Shown here piece by piece: positions 62,885 to 64,000 of a DNA stretch of 64,000 nucleotides. The translations under genes were made by a program, and so were the position numbers. The first letter of the stretch is position 1, and each line of letters starts with the position of its first letter. The notes beneath the pieces are model-generated. The model saw only the letters and a program-made list of their open reading frames with translations. It made no database searches and had not been told where the DNA came from. Origin of the DNA: Camelus ferus (lineage: Eukaryota); the NCBI RefSeq assembly GCF_009834535.1, contig NC_045697.1, positions 26,290,001-26,354,000 of the forward strand, written 5' to 3'.

Positions 62885-64000
62885 TTATTCAGAGGTAAAG
62901 ATCAGATAAAGCTTAAACTAAAATTATCTGACTCTGAGAACAGTAATCAGGAGAGAAGTAAAATAGTGTGGGGCAAGTGACTGTTGTTTTTCCTTATAAT
63001 TCTTGTTAGTATAACAAGCGTAGAAGTACAAGTTCAATCACAAATCTAAGTTGAAACTACATCCTGTTAACTCTGAATTGAAATGACAATAAAATGCAAC
63101 TTTCCTTCATAGTTAGAACTTTTCTACACAGAAAATTCCTTTGGTTAACTCTTTGATCCCCAAGACTGGACCTCTAATGCTCCTTTCTAATTTTTTGCAT
63201 AGTTAGTATCATCTGTTGGATTGAGATTTTTCCAATTCTACATGGAATTGCACCATTGTGAATTCAGTAGTTAAAATAGACTGCCAGTTGCAAAACTCCC
63301 TGAGAAAACTCTAAGAACTTATTATCCTGAATGGTTTCCTAAAAAATAACAACAAAGACAACCATATAATCCTTGTTCTATCTAAATGCAAGTGTTGGCA
63401 AATTGAAAGCACCCACCTGCTTGGTAGTGCCACCTGACAAGCCACTGTTTTCCTCCAGTCTTTAGAACAGTAGAGAAGCCTAAAAGTTGTCCACAAATCA
63501 ATCCTTCTGTAGTGGATTAATGACCCACCCATAGTTACTACAATACATTCTAATTTGCTATAGATATTTAGGGTTGGGAGGACCCTTGGCTAAAATGTTT
63601 CAGAATCAAAAAAGCTCAAAAAATATTTCAATTTTACCCAGATTATTAGTAAAAGAACCAGATAACGAATTTGAGATATCTTCACTCTTGGCCCAACTCT
63701 GCTTGGCTGACAAGTTAATTATCTTTTCCTTTCTATTTCCCTAGTCCTTCCAAGTCTTACTGTTAGTTCCTCCTGACCAATTTGACATCTAAATTTTACC
63801 TGGCTACCCACTAACTCTCTAAGCTCATCTTCCACTACTCTTATCTTTGCTCACTCCTCTCTGGCCAAAGAATTCCTTCCCTCAGGCCACACACTTGTTC
63901 TTACTCCCACCTGAAGAGAAAACCACCACATAAAAAATAACCAACACCTTCACCCCAATCCTCTCTGCTTTATTTTTCTTCTTATCCTTTATTACCATCT

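Noticed and set aside
1..64000. CRISPR arrays, operons, rRNA or prokaryotic systems
   Set aside because: The sequence is mammalian and repeat-rich; no regularly spaced repeat-spacer array or long ORFs

Overview
AT-rich, repeat-dense mammalian genomic DNA. It is probably a cetartiodactyl and most likely a camelid: the young L1 3' ends look camelid-type, MER41-like LTRs and a Tigger-type MITE are present, and I see no Alu, B1, Bov-tA, PRE1 or Can-SINE. Most of the window is L1 (young and ancient), MaLR/ERV solo LTRs, MIR, L2 and DNA-transposon relics; most ORFs in the track are chance ORFs or L1 fragments. The only recognisable protein-coding homology is an intronless, strongly diverged cTAGE5/MIA2-like retrocopy (19977-20683, +, poly-A remnant at 21275-21283). 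It encodes the TM and first coiled coil fused to a short Pro-rich tail, with a single 1-nt frameshift in a T-run. Other notable structures: a tailless tRNA-Ile(AAT) 5'-half retropseudogene with a 19-bp TSD at the junction of a twin-primed inverted L1; an ORF2-less but two-ended L1; a class II ERV solo LTR with a perfect 6-bp TSD nested in an L1; a MER41-like LTR with an intact GAS motif; and an ancient tandem duplication bracketing a hairpin/candidate exon at 12.6-13.5 kb. Repeat subfamily names come from recalled consensus similarity, not a search, and boundaries of old repeats are approximate.
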